This document shows positions 1 through 12,803 of a stretch of 64,000 nucleotides of DNA, in pieces. Origin of the DNA: the human T2T-CHM13v2.0 reference genome, Homo sapiens; the NCBI RefSeq assembly GCF_009914755.1, contig NC_060938.1; one strand, given 5' to 3'. The position numbers and the translations under genes are program-made. Under the pieces are notes generated by a model. The model saw nothing but the letters and a program-made list of their open reading frames with translations. It had not been told where the DNA came from and made no database searches. How positions within the stretch are numbered: the first letter of the stretch is position 1; every line of letters begins with the position of its first letter.

Positions 1-10
1 ATAAATTTAT

Positions 11-89
11 TATATATATATACACACACACACCCACACACACACACATATATATGGGGGTGTATGGGGGTGTGGGTGAGTGTGTGTGT
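11..89. repeat. Compound (TA)n/(CA)n/(TG)n microsatellite
   Basis: Visible dinucleotide runs. Confidence 0.9.
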
Positions 90-90
90 T

Positions 91-1380
91 TCTTAATTCT
101 GTGTGTTGAAAGGGCCTAGAAGTTTTGATATATCAGTAGCAGCAAGGACACCCAGCACCCTAATCTTGGTTTCTAAATACCATTCCCCACTACAAGGAAC
201 TAGGGTTTCCTGGAGAAATGACTGATTCCAGAGCATGGCCAGAAAAAGTCCAAGAAGATATGGACTATCTTGTGTCAGAAAGGAAGCAAGTGCTCAACAA
301 ATGATGGAGACATGTCAAATGAATGCAAGAACCAACTTAAAGGTGCTTCCATTGGTCAAATCTGAGACAATTGGAGCATCAAGATTAATAATTGTAGTAA
401 TGGACAATAACCAACTAAAAAAATAAGAATCCACGAGTCCATACTGATAATTAATGATGCAGGTAACTGCTCCCTTACAACAGAATGTCAACTAATAAAT
501 GTAGAAAAAATGATGGTGTTAGAAAAATCAACACGTTGTAACCATCATGGCAATAATTGATTTAGATAAGAATCATCAATAAATGATAGAACTAATGGCT
601 AAAAATCTGATGAGGAATAGTTTATCTACATTGTGTCAAAATATCTCATCACAAATTATTTATTAATTACAAAGGGAAAAGTAGTAACTTTGCAGTGAAG
701 AAATCTGGCAGATATTACCTTAACCAAGTAACCAAAGTCAGCATCAATAATGGGTCAAACTGATATCTAGTGTTTCCTGATGGGATGCGCTGGGAAGGAA
801 ATGATATCACTGGTTTAAGATTCCTGTCAAAAATGAGTACATCATGAGGAAACATCAGAGAAACCCAAACTGAGGGCTAGTCTGGAAAATAAATGGTCTG
901 TACTCTTAAAAAAAAAAAAAAAAGTCAATGACATGAAAGGCACGTAAAGCTCAGGAATCATTACAGATTATGCAAATTAAAAATCCATATAAATAAAGGT
1001 AATGCTTAATTCTGTATTGGATTTTGGACCAGAAAAGCAAAATTGCTAAAAAGAACATAATTGGTGAAAATTGAATAAAGTCTGTAGACGAGAAAATAGT
1101 GTTATGTCCACTTCAAAATTTCCTGATTTAATAACTGTGCTGTGGTTGTGTAAGTGAATATCCTTGTTCTTAGGAAATTTACAGTGAAGTATTTAGGGGT
1201 AAAGAGGCACAATGTGTGCAACACACTCTCAAATAGTTCAGAGAATAATAAAGCAAACAGGGCAGAATATTAACAATTAGCAATTCTCGGTGACGTGTAT
1301 ATGGAGATTTTTTTTTGAACTGTTCCAATTTTTCTCTAAGTTTGAAATTATATCAAAATAAAAGTTTTGTTTTTAAAAGA
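91..1380 (+). mobile_element. Old L1 (L1MC/L1MD-like) 3' UTR fragment
   Basis: gaaagggcctaga...ttggtttctaaataccattccccacta...ggagaaatgactgattccag resembles the L1MC/MD 3' end; ends in aaaataaaagtttt. Confidence 0.7.
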
Positions 1381-1447
1381 GAAATAAAAGCCATCACCTG
1401 GGCATCCCCCCAAGCCAACAGTGGAACCTGCTGGGTATTTTTCTTTG

Positions 1448-1448
<1 letters not shown>

Positions 1449-1478
<30 letters not shown>
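1449..1478. repeat. Poly(T) tract
   Basis: About 30 consecutive T. Confidence 0.9.
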
Positions 1479-1479
<1 letters not shown>

Positions 1480-1849
1480 AGGAACTTGAGAATTACTGAG
1501 CTACAGGAAATCCCTATGATGAAAAGGCCACCTCCAGCAAGAGCCTGTCATGAAGAATTGCACCCTCCTGCCCCCAAGCCCTCAGGCCTCTGTCTCTGAG
1601 GTCACCAGTTGGCCCACTAATGTGTGATACCTCACAGAAGGGAAGAGAACATGTCAGATGTCCAACTCATCGCCATGACCCCAAACTGCTCATGACTTTG
1701 CTTTGCTGCAAAAAGATAGAGGGAAAAGTAGGGAACAATAATTTTTTAAAAAGACAGTCTCAAGAGTTGTCTGCACACGTGGCCAGGCTTGTTTTCCAGC
1801 TAGAAACCCCAGGGGTAGGACATGATGGTCCCCAGAGAGTACAGCTTGT

Positions 1850-1975
1850 GGGTTACAGAGTCATAACTAGGTTTAGTATCCTGGCTCTGCAACTTAATAG
1901 CTACTTAACTTTCTGAACCTGTTTCCTCATCTACCCAATGGACATAATTATGCCCACTTCATACAACTATGAAAA
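1850..1975 (+). mobile_element. MIR fragment
   Basis: atcctggctctgcaactta...cttaactttctgaacctgtttcctcatct core. Confidence 0.65.
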
Positions 1976-2977
1976 AAATAACATATGTATACAAACTCAC
2001 GTATGATGACATTTATACAACCCAAATTGTGCTCAAAATTTTTTTTCCTTTTTCATTCCCACAAGTGACAAAAATGTGCCTGATCACGTAAGTATCTTTA
2101 GGATTGTGGACAATAGTCACACATGAAAAGTAAGTGAAAAAAAAATCCAAATCAATCAGTGGTAAATAGATACATTAACTCCAATCAAGAGGTAAACTAG
2201 CCAGAGCTGCAGGTTCAAATCAGAAGAAAGGATTGGATAATGGTCTAATTTGAAACAAGAAGGTCAGCTGTGAAGATAGCCCCATTAGTAGAGCATGAAC
2301 AAGGAGTCCCTTGTTATCACTGTGACTATTAAAAAAGTGCTCAGCGTCTTTTTCAGTGAACTGACCATGGAAAGCATTCAGACCTCACAATTGTATCCCA
2401 GCCAAAACCCCTCACCAAAAGCAACCCCACCCTGCTTGAGATGGTGAAAGCTATCTGTCAGCTTTAGAATATTTCTAAGTAAAAAGGAAGATGATGAAAG
2501 AAACCAAATCATGTTATTAATAGATTTTCATATGTTTAGGAATGATCTGTGTATATTTTATACTTTAAGTTTTTGGAGAGTTTAAGAGATTTCAGGGAAT
2601 GTTATCGATTTAGCCTTTGATTCAAATTTAAAATATTTACCGGAGTGATTTTAGACTTGGATTTTAAGTTGAAAGAGAAAGAATGACACAAAGTGGAATG
2701 CATTGGAGATGGAGCACATTCATTAATTGATCTATTAGATGGGGAAGGTTTTGGTAGATAGGTTAGGCAGTAAAAGTGCTTTAAAAAAATCAAAATATAC
2801 TTAATTTTAAAATACAGTCTAAAATGTTCAAAAGAATTTTTATAAATTAAGATGTAAATAGGACAAATTGCTTAAGGAAATTTAGCCTGTTCACCTAGTC
2901 AATCAAACCATAATCATACTCCCTGAATTTAAACTTGAAAGGTTAAGGAAAATTAGAGTTTTACTTTTTAACTTTTC

Positions 2978-3296
<319 letters not shown>

Positions 3297-3585
3297 TACT
3301 TTTTAACTTTTCTAAATTGAATATTAATTTTTAAATCTTGAGGTTTAAATTATATTTTGTGTTCACAAAAACATATTACACAGACACTAAACAACTCACC
3401 TTGACAGTGCCGATATTTAGGTGGATGATTACTTAGATTTCTACTGTATTTTGTTTCCGAGGAGTGCTAGGTATAGAAAATGGAATTTACTCAATTTTTA
3501 ATTAAATATTTTAAAACAATTTTAACTCTCAGGAGATGGGAGAAACAAAAAAAAAATCCATGGAAGGATAATATGATGAAGATAA

Positions 3586-3970
<385 letters not shown>

Positions 3971-4159
3971 GGCTCTAATGTTTTACATATATTATTTATT
4001 TAAATCTCCTGAAAACCTCATGAAATTTTAGAAGTAGAAGAACAACAAAGAAGAGAAGGTGTTGTGTGGGCTACCACAATCTAGTATAAGTTCTTATCTC
4101 AGCACTTCAGTGTTTTCTAAAGTAGTCCAATTACAATACAGTGCCCTGTGACATACCTA

Positions 4160-4430
4160 TTCATTTATTCATTTACTTTTGCAACTAATATTAAGTTTTA
4201 CCATGTGTCAAGCTACAGGGTGGCAAAGAGCCTGGTTGTAGGAGGCCAGTAAGGAGGCTAAAGTACCAATCCAAGTGGAAATGATCGTGCCTGGATTAGA
4301 GTGGTAGCAATGCAGACACTGAGAAAAAGAGAGATAGATAATTCTAATTCCAGAAATTAGAATTGAAGTGACTTGGTAGCAGTTCACTGGAAGTAAGGAA
4401 TAAGGGAAAAGATAGTATCTTCTCCCAGTT
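4160..4430 (-). mobile_element. L2 fragment
   Basis: tcatttattcattta...ccatgtgtcaag; ggaggccagtaaggaggcta...gcctggattagagtggtagcaatg. Confidence 0.55.
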
Positions 4431-4755
4431 CCTCTAAAAAGCGAAGCCTGAAGTCAGCTGCTAAGTTAAGCTGCTAAGAATGCATTTGGTAGGTACAAGC
4501 CCAAAGCAGTGAGCATGAGGAAAAAAGGGAAGTGGGCAAGGAAAGCTGTGGGGAAACGCAATGTGCTGCATCATCACTCTGGCTCCTGCTTCACAGCAGG
4601 ATGCAAAAGAGAGATAGCGGGTCACTCAGCAGGTATGTTTGTTCAGCACATAAGACTCCTCAGAAGGCCTGCAAAGAACAAATATACCCTGAAGTAATCC
4701 ACAAGAGACAGAAATGAGGGGTAACTGCCAAGTTACCGTCTATCTGCAAAGACAG

Positions 4756-6079
4756 TGATATGGTTTGGCTCTGTGTCCTCACCCAAATCTCATCTTGAAT
4801 TGTACTCCCATAATTCCCATGTGTTGTGGGAGGGAACCAGTGGGAGATAATTTGAATCATGGGGGCGGTTTCCCCCACACTGTTCTCGTGGTGGTGAATA
4901 AGTCTCATGAGATCTAATGGTTTTATCAGGGGTTTCTGCTTTTGCATCTTCATTTTTTCTCTTGCCGCCCCCGCCATGTAAGAAGGGCCTTTCCCTCCCA
5001 AAGTGCCGAGATTGCAGCCTCTGCCCGGCCGCCACCCCGTCTGGGAAGTGAGGAGCATCTCTGCCTGGCCGCCCATCGTCTGGGACGTGAGGAGCCCCTC
5101 TGCCTGGCTACCCAGTCTGGAAAGTGAGGAGCGTCTCTGCCCGGCCGCCCATCGCCTGAGATGTGGGGAGCGCCTCTGCCCCGACGCCCCGTCTGGGATG
5201 TGAGGAGCGCCTCTGCCCGGCCGCGACCCCGTCTGGGAGGTGAGGAGCGTCTCTGCCCGGCCGCCCAGTCTGAGAAGTGAGGAGACCCTCCGCCTGGCAA
5301 CCGCCCCATATGAGAAGTGAGGAGCCCCTCCGCCCGGCAGCCACCCCGTCTGGGAAGTGAGGAAGTGAGGAGCGTCTCTGCCCGGCAGCCACCCCGTCCG
5401 GGAGGGAGGTGGGGGGGTCAGCCCCCGGCACGGCCAGCCGCCCCGTCCGGGAGGGAGGTGGTGGGGTCAGCCCCCGGCACGGCCAGCCGCCCCGTCCGGG
5501 AGGTGAGGGGCGCCTCTGCCCGGCGGCCCCTACTGGGAAGTGAGGAGCCCCTCTGCCCAGCCACCACCCCGTCTGGGAGGTGTACCCAACAGCTCATTGA
5601 GAACTGGCCATGATGACAATGGCGGTTTTGTGGAATAGAAAGGGGGGAAAGGCGGGGAAAGGATTGAGAAATCGGATGGTTGCCATGTCTGTGTAGAAAG
5701 AGGTAGACACGGGAGACTTTTCATTTTGTTCTGTACTAAGAAAAATTCTTCTGCCTTGGGATCCTGTTGATCGGTGACCCTACCCCCAACCCTGTGCTCT
5801 CTGAAACATGTGCTGTGTCCACTCAGGGTTGAATGGATTAAGGGTGGTGCAAGATGTGCTTTGTTAAACAGATGCTTGAAGGCAGCATGCTCGTTAAGAG
5901 TCATCACCACTCCCTAATCTCAAGTACCCAGGGACACAAACACTGCGGAAGGCCGCAGGGTCCTCTGCCTAGGAAAACCAGAGACCTTTGTTCACTTGTT
6001 TATCTGCTGACCCTCCCTCCACTATTGTCCTATGACCCTGCCAAATCCCCCTCTGCGAGAAACACCCAAGAATGATCAA

Positions 6080-6110
<31 letters not shown>

Positions 6111-6313
6111 AAAAATAAATAATTAAAAATAAAATAAAATAAAATAAAAATAAAAATTAAAATTAAAAAAAAAAAGAAAAAAGAAGGGCCTTTCGCCTCC
6201 TGCCATGATTCTGAGGCCCCCTCAGCCATGTGGAACTGTAAATCCAATTAAACCTCTTTTTCTTCCCAGTCTCAGGTATGTCTTTATCAGCAGCGTGAAC
6301 ACAGACTAATACA
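4756..6313 (+). mobile_element. THE1A solo LTR (ERVL-MaLR), split by SVA into 4756-4993 and 6195-6313
   Basis: Starts tgatatggtttggctctgtgtc and ends gactaataca; the two halves are collinear once the SVA and one TSD copy are removed. Confidence 0.9.
4994..6180 (+). mobile_element. 5'-truncated SVA (SVA_D-like)
   Basis: End of Alu-like part (cctcccaaagtgccgagattgcag), GC-rich VNTR ~5015-5580, SINE-R ~5580-6080, aataaa and A-rich tail; TSD aagaagggcctttc at 4980-4993 and 6181-6194. Confidence 0.97.
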
Positions 6314-6496
6314 GAGAACCCTAAAGAGGGAGTAGAGCTGTAGAAGGTGGTGATGAGCATTAAATTTTGTATATGTTTTATTGTATCTCACATGTTGCCA
6401 AAAGGGAAATCTGCAGTAGGCAGTTGAATGTCGATGGAGTCTGGAGCTCAGGAGAGACAAAGCCAGGTGACAGAAAGATGGTTGTCATTATAGAGC

Positions 6497-7045
6497 ATGT
6501 GCTAGGCTGTGCCACCCAGAACCCCCTTTTAGGGTTGAAGCACTCATTCCCCAGCTGCCAGGACTTTAGCCCGCTGATGGCTCACAGCTGAATTCCTCTG
6601 CAAGAATGACTTTTTATCAAAGGAAACTGACTTACCCGAGTTGATGTGCCTGCCCTGTGCATCCAATGGCTGGTTGATGAGGGGTTACAAAGGCCTGTCC
6701 CCTTTGCTTCAATTCAGGTCATCTCTAAAGGCCATCCCAGCCCTAGAGTTCCCTAGAATTGGATGATGCCACTGTTGTATCCACAGTAGGTCCTCACTTA
6801 AAGTGAATAGGTTCTTGGAAACTACTACTTTAAATGAAATGATGTACAATAAAACATTTTTTCCCTCACCAATGTTATAAAGAAAGAACATTGCACCAAA
6901 CAACTTTATTGGAGGGCCTGCTGTACATCTTTTAAAGTCACAGTTTCCAAGAGACTCCTTCATGCCAGCCCTGGTGCAGCTTCTGAGAGCTTTCCCCAGT
7001 TCACCACCTGCATTCGAAGCTCTGTGTCGGTCTCCCAGGGAACTC
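6497..7045 (+). mobile_element. LTR16C-like ERVL LTR interrupted by a Tigger-type element
   Basis: gctgatggctcacagctgaattcc...gcatccaatggctggttgatg...ggccatcccagccctagagttccc. Confidence 0.65.
6783..6952. mobile_element. MER82-like Tigger-derived palindromic element
   Basis: cagtaggtcctcactta...aggttcttggaaact and inverted copy agtttccaaga. Confidence 0.65.
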
Positions 7046-7049
7046 GAGG

Positions 7050-7560
7050 GAATGAAAATTCTAGGTAGACAATTCTTTCAGGTAGCTTGCCTTTGACAAT
7101 GGAGGAGGATTCCTGAAGAGGGGTATGGTTGAAGGAGGATTTTTTCTTTTTTTTAATTTGGAATGATGAAGCTAGTTGAGAGGGAAGAATTAAAGATTCT
7201 AGGTAGAAAACGACCTCCAGGAGGGAATGGGATCCAAATCACAGATAGAAGGATTGCCTGTTTTAAGAGGAAAGACATTCCCTGAGATGAGAATATGGGA
7301 GAGGGAGTGGATCAGTGTGAATGTAGATAAATTTATTTTCACTGTAGGGAAGGTCTGATCAGCCACTGAGAGTAAGCAGAATGGAGGCTGGGAAGACAGA
7401 AGCTTGAAGACAGCAGGGAGTGCTAGAAATTGGCTTCGTGGACAATGGGGGGAAGAGTCGCTCGGAATAATGTATCAGAATCGCCGAGCAGTGCTGAAAG
7501 CAGGGTTGAGAATGAGGTCAACAGGAATTTATAGTGGCAATCATCATAGCACTAACCATG
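7050..7560 (-). mobile_element. L2 internal fragment
   Basis: Purine-rich diverged L2-like sequence (gggatccaaatcacagatagaaggattgcc). Confidence 0.4.
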
Positions 7561-9749
7561 GTATAATTACTCACAGGCCTGCTCAGCACTGTGCCTGACA
7601 AGCAGAGGATACGCTAAATGTTGAATGACGGAATAGACCCAGTTTCAGTGAGCCCTCCAGTTAAAGGGCCACATGTTCTCTGCCATCATAGTTTCATCAA
7701 CAAAAAGCCACATCACATCTGCCTTGGGTCTATTTCTCTCTGATATTTTTAGTCTAGAGAAACATTGAGGTGGTTTCCCTGCTTTTGTACAAGTTTGTCA
7801 TATGTTCTCTCTGCATGCTTTGTAATGCCTGTATGCATTAAGTTGTTTTCCTAAGATCACTGGACTGGGCAGATCAGAGCTCAAGCTCGCAGGTCACCTA
7901 ACTCCCATTCCACACACTGTGCTATGAGATATGCTATGTAAAACTGCCAAGTCGTTCCAGATGATTCAGCAGGCCTTCAATATTACCTGCCTGCCTGTCT
8001 TCCCTCCTTCCTCGCTGCCTCCCTCCACCTTTCCTCCCTCAGACCTCTTGGAATCTTTTCTGACCTCTCTACTAAGCTGTCCCCAGCTTCATTATGTTCA
8101 GCCCTCATTTGCACATGCTCTTGACACCTGGTGTTTGGTGGCAGAAATGGCTGATAAAATTCCACGCTGATTAATTTCATGTTTAATCTAACTGATACTT
8201 CTGTAGCCTTTGCAAATAACCTTTTTGAACAAAAACGGCAATGGCTCATTCCAAACCCGATCAAAGAGGTATGCATGACTCACAGCCACTAAATAAACAT
8301 TGATGCCTGATGGCAGTAATATGGCTATTTATATTCAGAGCCTGATTTAACCAGTGGCATTCCTGTAATAAGATAATAAGCATGAGCTGTTTACTAGAAA
8401 AAAAGGAGAGTCTGTGGTGCTGGTGTTCAATAAAATCTCTTAACAGGCAAATGAGTCTCTGAAATTGGTTGGCAAATACATCCAGAATGAGATGTGCTAA
8501 TTAGCTGCTGTTACTGATTTTCTAAAATAAAGAGTTTAAACTTAGATTAGTCCTGAAATTTAGTACAATAAAAAATACTGGATAAATGATATTATGTTGA
8601 GTCTTACAGATTATGTTTAAGATAAGTCCAACAATACAATTAAGAAAAAAGAACTCTGCACCTAAATCATTAGATTTTTTAAAGACTAAGAGGTTGTAAA
8701 TGTGGAGAATTATAAGCATAGATATGTGAATCTCAGGTTCAATTTTTTTCTGTTCAGAGAGCATCTGTAGGTGATTCTCTTGGCCACAATGGCAGGGACA
8801 TCTATTACTATCAGAACTTTTGTTTTTAAATAGGAAGAGCAAAGGAATGCAAGAATTAGCTTAATAGTATTTGGGTAGCCATTAAAAATAGATTAACCTA
8901 TTCAGAACCAAGATCACAGAGGTTCTAGGTAAGCGTGTGGGAGACAATTATTCTGAACTCAGAAATAAATGATCAAGGCCATCAAGCTTGTAAGGCCTCT
9001 CCCAGCATCTTCCCCCAAATAAGAGCAGCAGGAACTTTCACCTGCTTCCTTTCTCCTGCTATCGCCCTATGCAGCAACTTCCAGCTGCTAAGCATTCATC
9101 TCAAACCTCCATTTTAGCTGCTTTCTTCACCAAACGGGAATGAACTATCTATTGGGACTTCCTACTTCAAGCAGTGAGAAAATCTTAGGAGATTTCCAAG
9201 TATTTTGTTTTTATTCATATATTACTTCTAAAGAGAAATGGATGGGTAATAAGAGGATTCAAGTTGTGTCTCGATCATAATTTTTTTTCAAAACAAGTTT
9301 GAATTCAAGGACCTGTTGTTTGAGTTTAGGTAGTTGAGATGATGTTTGTGTTCCCAGAGCAAATGGTTCTTTTAAAGGCAGCTAGATGGGCAGATGTCAG
9401 TGCTGCAGCCCCAAGGTGACTAACGCTCCTAATGTTAGCAATGAGTGAATTCATTCATTTGGTTTCTATTTATCTACAGTTAAACGATACAAGTTGATTA
9501 TTTGCTTTAACTAAGATGTTCAATTCTTATCAGAGTCTTTAGTAATCAGAGTTAATTGACTATATTTGTCTTTGTTTCTATTTGACAGTAGGGGATGAGG
9601 GGATGCCCAGTTTAGGTAGCAACTTTTCCAGCTACTACTGGGACCCAGAATTGTGGGTAACACCCTCACATAGGCTAGCAAATAATTGAAATTATTAACA
9701 GAATCCTAAGTCATGAACATGTGGTCTTCCTTATATTTTTCAATGGTAT

Positions 9750-10130
9750 TAAGGTTCTTTTGAAACCAACTCTACCTGGCTTAAGACAAAAAGGAATTTA
9801 CTTGTGAAAGGATATTAGTAATCTCACAAAATGTACAGGAAGAGTTGAACAGCCACACCTCAAAAGTGTAAGAACGACAGTTCCAAAGACATGGAAACAA
9901 GGGTTTTTGGGGCTTATTCTGCTTTTGTAGTTTCACTACTTACTTCTCCTGGCTCCTTTGTTTCTCTTTTTGAGATTCCATATTCTTAGATAAGAAAATC
10001 TAATTGGTCCAGTTTGGCTCAAACAAATGACTTGAACCAATCAGCTGTGACTAGCAGAAGAGTAGGTCAGCATCACATGGCATAGATATGGCTTCTGTGG
10101 AAGTCCCCAGTGAATGGAGGCTATTGTCAC
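9750..10130 (-). mobile_element. Old MLT1 (N/O-like) LTR fragment
   Basis: aaaccaactctacctggcttaagacaaaaaggaattta...ttgaaccaatcagctgtg. Confidence 0.5.
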
Positions 10131-10569
10131 TGGGCAGCAAACCCAAGGGTCCACTGTGTACCCAGTGCTGCTCCAAGTGCCAATCCACAAGACCATTTGA
10201 CACTGGATCAGGAGGAGATAAGCAGCTTGCACCAGTATCTAAATCAGCTCACTGCTTACATCATTGAGAAAGTCTTACTATTAAAAAAAAATGCTGAACT
10301 AAAGAGCATGCTTAGTGGCATAGTTGATTTTGCACTCTGGCACAGCACTTCCTATCTTCTTATGGATTAGTAGCAGATAGTTTGCTGACAGGCAGCTGCC
10401 TGTGGCCCACTCTATGAGCAACAATCTCTTCTGTTCAGTGCTCATCAAGAACATGTGCTTTGAAGCCACCAGGGTTTTAATTCCTGCTATACTTAATAGC
10501 AAAATGACGTTGACCAAATACCCCTTGCTTCATTTTCCTCATCTAAGTTGGAGATAACAGTACTCCCAT

Positions 10570-10960
10570 ATTAGTCAGGACTCATTCAATTATAGGCAGC
10601 AGAAATGTAAACTACTAGGTTAAACCAGATGAAATTCTGACATTCAACCTGCAAATATGGCATTTTCATATGGTTCAATCTAATAGCTTAAGCAAAAAGG
10701 AAATTTATTGGTTTTTGAAACTTCAAAGTACATTAGTGGGGGTAGGTACCATATACATCTGAATCCAAGGCTTAAATGAATAAAGGGAAGGAGAAGCCCT
10801 CTATTTCCAGCAACCAGCATTGGATCATATGGCATACGAGGACTCTAACTGGTCCTACTTTGGTCATTCTCCCAGCCCCTGGTCTAATCACTGGCCAAAG
10901 GAACATGACATTTCATGATTGGTCAGGCTTGTGCTTGGGAGTAAGTAGGGCACTATGATG
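10570..10960 (-). mobile_element. Old MLT1 LTR fragments
   Basis: tattagtcaggact...gcttaagcaaaaaggaaatttattgg...aatcactggccaaagg. Confidence 0.5.
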
Positions 10961-11323
10961 AATAGATTGACAGTCCTGTCAGATAAACCCTATCTGTCTT
11001 GGTCAGTTATATCTCTGGTCCCTAGCACATAATACTTACCAAAAAGATTAGGTAAATAAATGATTGGGAAAAGGGTATTGCACAGTTTCCTCAGTCAAAG
11101 AAGCAGCAGACAGAAACATTAGAATTCAATGATAAATGCCTACATCATATGGTTAAGATTACATAAGAAAGTGATACACATGAGACAGAGACTGGCACAT
11201 AGTAGCACATTTACCTGCAAAATAGATCAGGCAAGCATTGGAGCCCATATTTTCCATGTAGAGACTGGCACGTAGCAGGTGCCCAGTTCTCTTGATGGAC
11301 TGAGTCAGTTAAAAAGTGAACTC

Positions 11324-11616
11324 AGCCAGGTGCGGTGGCTCGTGCCTGTAATCCCAGCACTTTGGGAGGGCGAGGCAGGTGAATCACTTGAGATCAGAAA
11401 TTTGACACCAGGCTGGCCAACATGGTGAAACCCTGTCTCCAATAAAAATACAAAAATTAGCCAGGCATGACGGCACACTCCTGTAATCCCAGCCAGTCAG
11501 GTGGCTGAGCCAGGAGAGTCGCTTGAACCCAGGAGGCGGAGGTTGCAGTGAGCCAAGATCATGCCACTGCACTCCAGCCTGGGAGACAGAGTGAGAGTCA
11601 GTCTCCAAAAAAAAAA
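11324..11616 (+). mobile_element. AluS
   Basis: Full dimer and A tail; TSD aaaaagtgaactc at 11311-11323 and 11617-11629. Confidence 0.95.
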
Positions 11617-12034
11617 AAAAAGTGAACTCGTAAATAGACAGTGAGCAATCTGGATCCCATTCCTTTGGGAAATGTTCTTCATCCTATTGCAATTGTGATT
11701 TTGTCTCAAGTTTTCCTATGAACATCCAGACAGCCATATAATCAACAGGGCAAGAGAAAATGGGCATTAAATCCAACTGGAGGCATTTTAGTTAGAGACC
11801 TACATTAGGAAAATCTCTAGGATCTATAAAACAAATCCATAAAACTTAAGCAAACAGGCTAATTTTTATTATAATTCTTCCTGGTGGAAGAAAGTGAGCA
11901 GATGACTTTTAAGAGTCCTTATCCAGTGACTGGCAGCATTTGTACCTCACATTCCAGCCCACGTGAGGACAAAGGACAGGGGATGGGAGCAGGAGACACA
12001 ATATCAGAATATTTGATTTGGAAGTGTCCACAGA

Positions 12035-12150
12035 GCTCATCTAGTCTAATCCTCTCATTTTACTAAAGAGGAAATGAGGCCTGGAGAACTGAGGTGGCTT
12101 GTCAAAGGGTCACAAAGGCAGAGTTGAATCCAGGTCTTTTCAATCCATGT
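12035..12150 (-). mobile_element. MIR fragment
   Basis: ctctcattttactaaagaggaaatgaggcc...ggcttgtcaaagggtcac. Confidence 0.6.
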
Positions 12151-12803
12151 CCATTCTTTGTCTTCCACACTATACCACAGGCAGTGGCAGCCCACTCTGA
12201 ACCAATAGTGCCCCCATCACCCTTGTGAGGTGGGCAGGAAAGCAGGTGGGGAACAGGAATGCCTTAGTGAGGAGCTAATAAAGACCCTCATGTGGTAAAG
12301 GGTCAAGGGCAGGCATCTATGCACCCTGAAGTGTAATCCAACTTCCACGTTCAGTCACAAACCACATATTGCTGATCTACACCTTCCCACCTGCCACTTG
12401 CCCTCATAGAGCAGGATTATGGTCTGAAGACAATCCAAAACATATGCGATATTTTGGAAAAAAAAATCCTTTGTCAAGCAATTTTAACAAATAACAAGTT
12501 AGGTTGTTTTATGAACACCTTATTTTCTAAAATAAAATACAGGACATTAATCTGACAAAGGAGTTTTGAGCCTCTTCTGAATAAGAAAAAAATGAGAAAA
12601 AAACATTTAGGTGCTGAAATATTGACTTGGTGGGTTTATGAGGAGAAGAGGCAGCTTATTTGCAATTGGGATAAATCCAGGACATGTGCTCACTTAGAGG
12701 CATACTTTTTACACATATTTTGTGCCAAACTGTTAGTTATCCACCAATGTCAGCTCTCCCCTTCCTCACTGGCAGAGCTCCTATATTGCTGGGGGAAAGG
12801 GTG

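Noticed and set aside
1441-1490. Orphan poly(T), and poly(A) at 45807 and 62098, as tail-only retro-insertions
   Set aside because: No flanking TSD or element body visible
5015-5580. Repeated ~40-bp units resembling a CRISPR array
   Set aside because: SVA VNTR with no unique spacers, in a primate genome with no cas genes
4660-6247. Several overlapping ORFs up to 138 aa
   Set aside because: All lie in THE1/SVA sequence; GC-rich VNTR is naturally stop-poor
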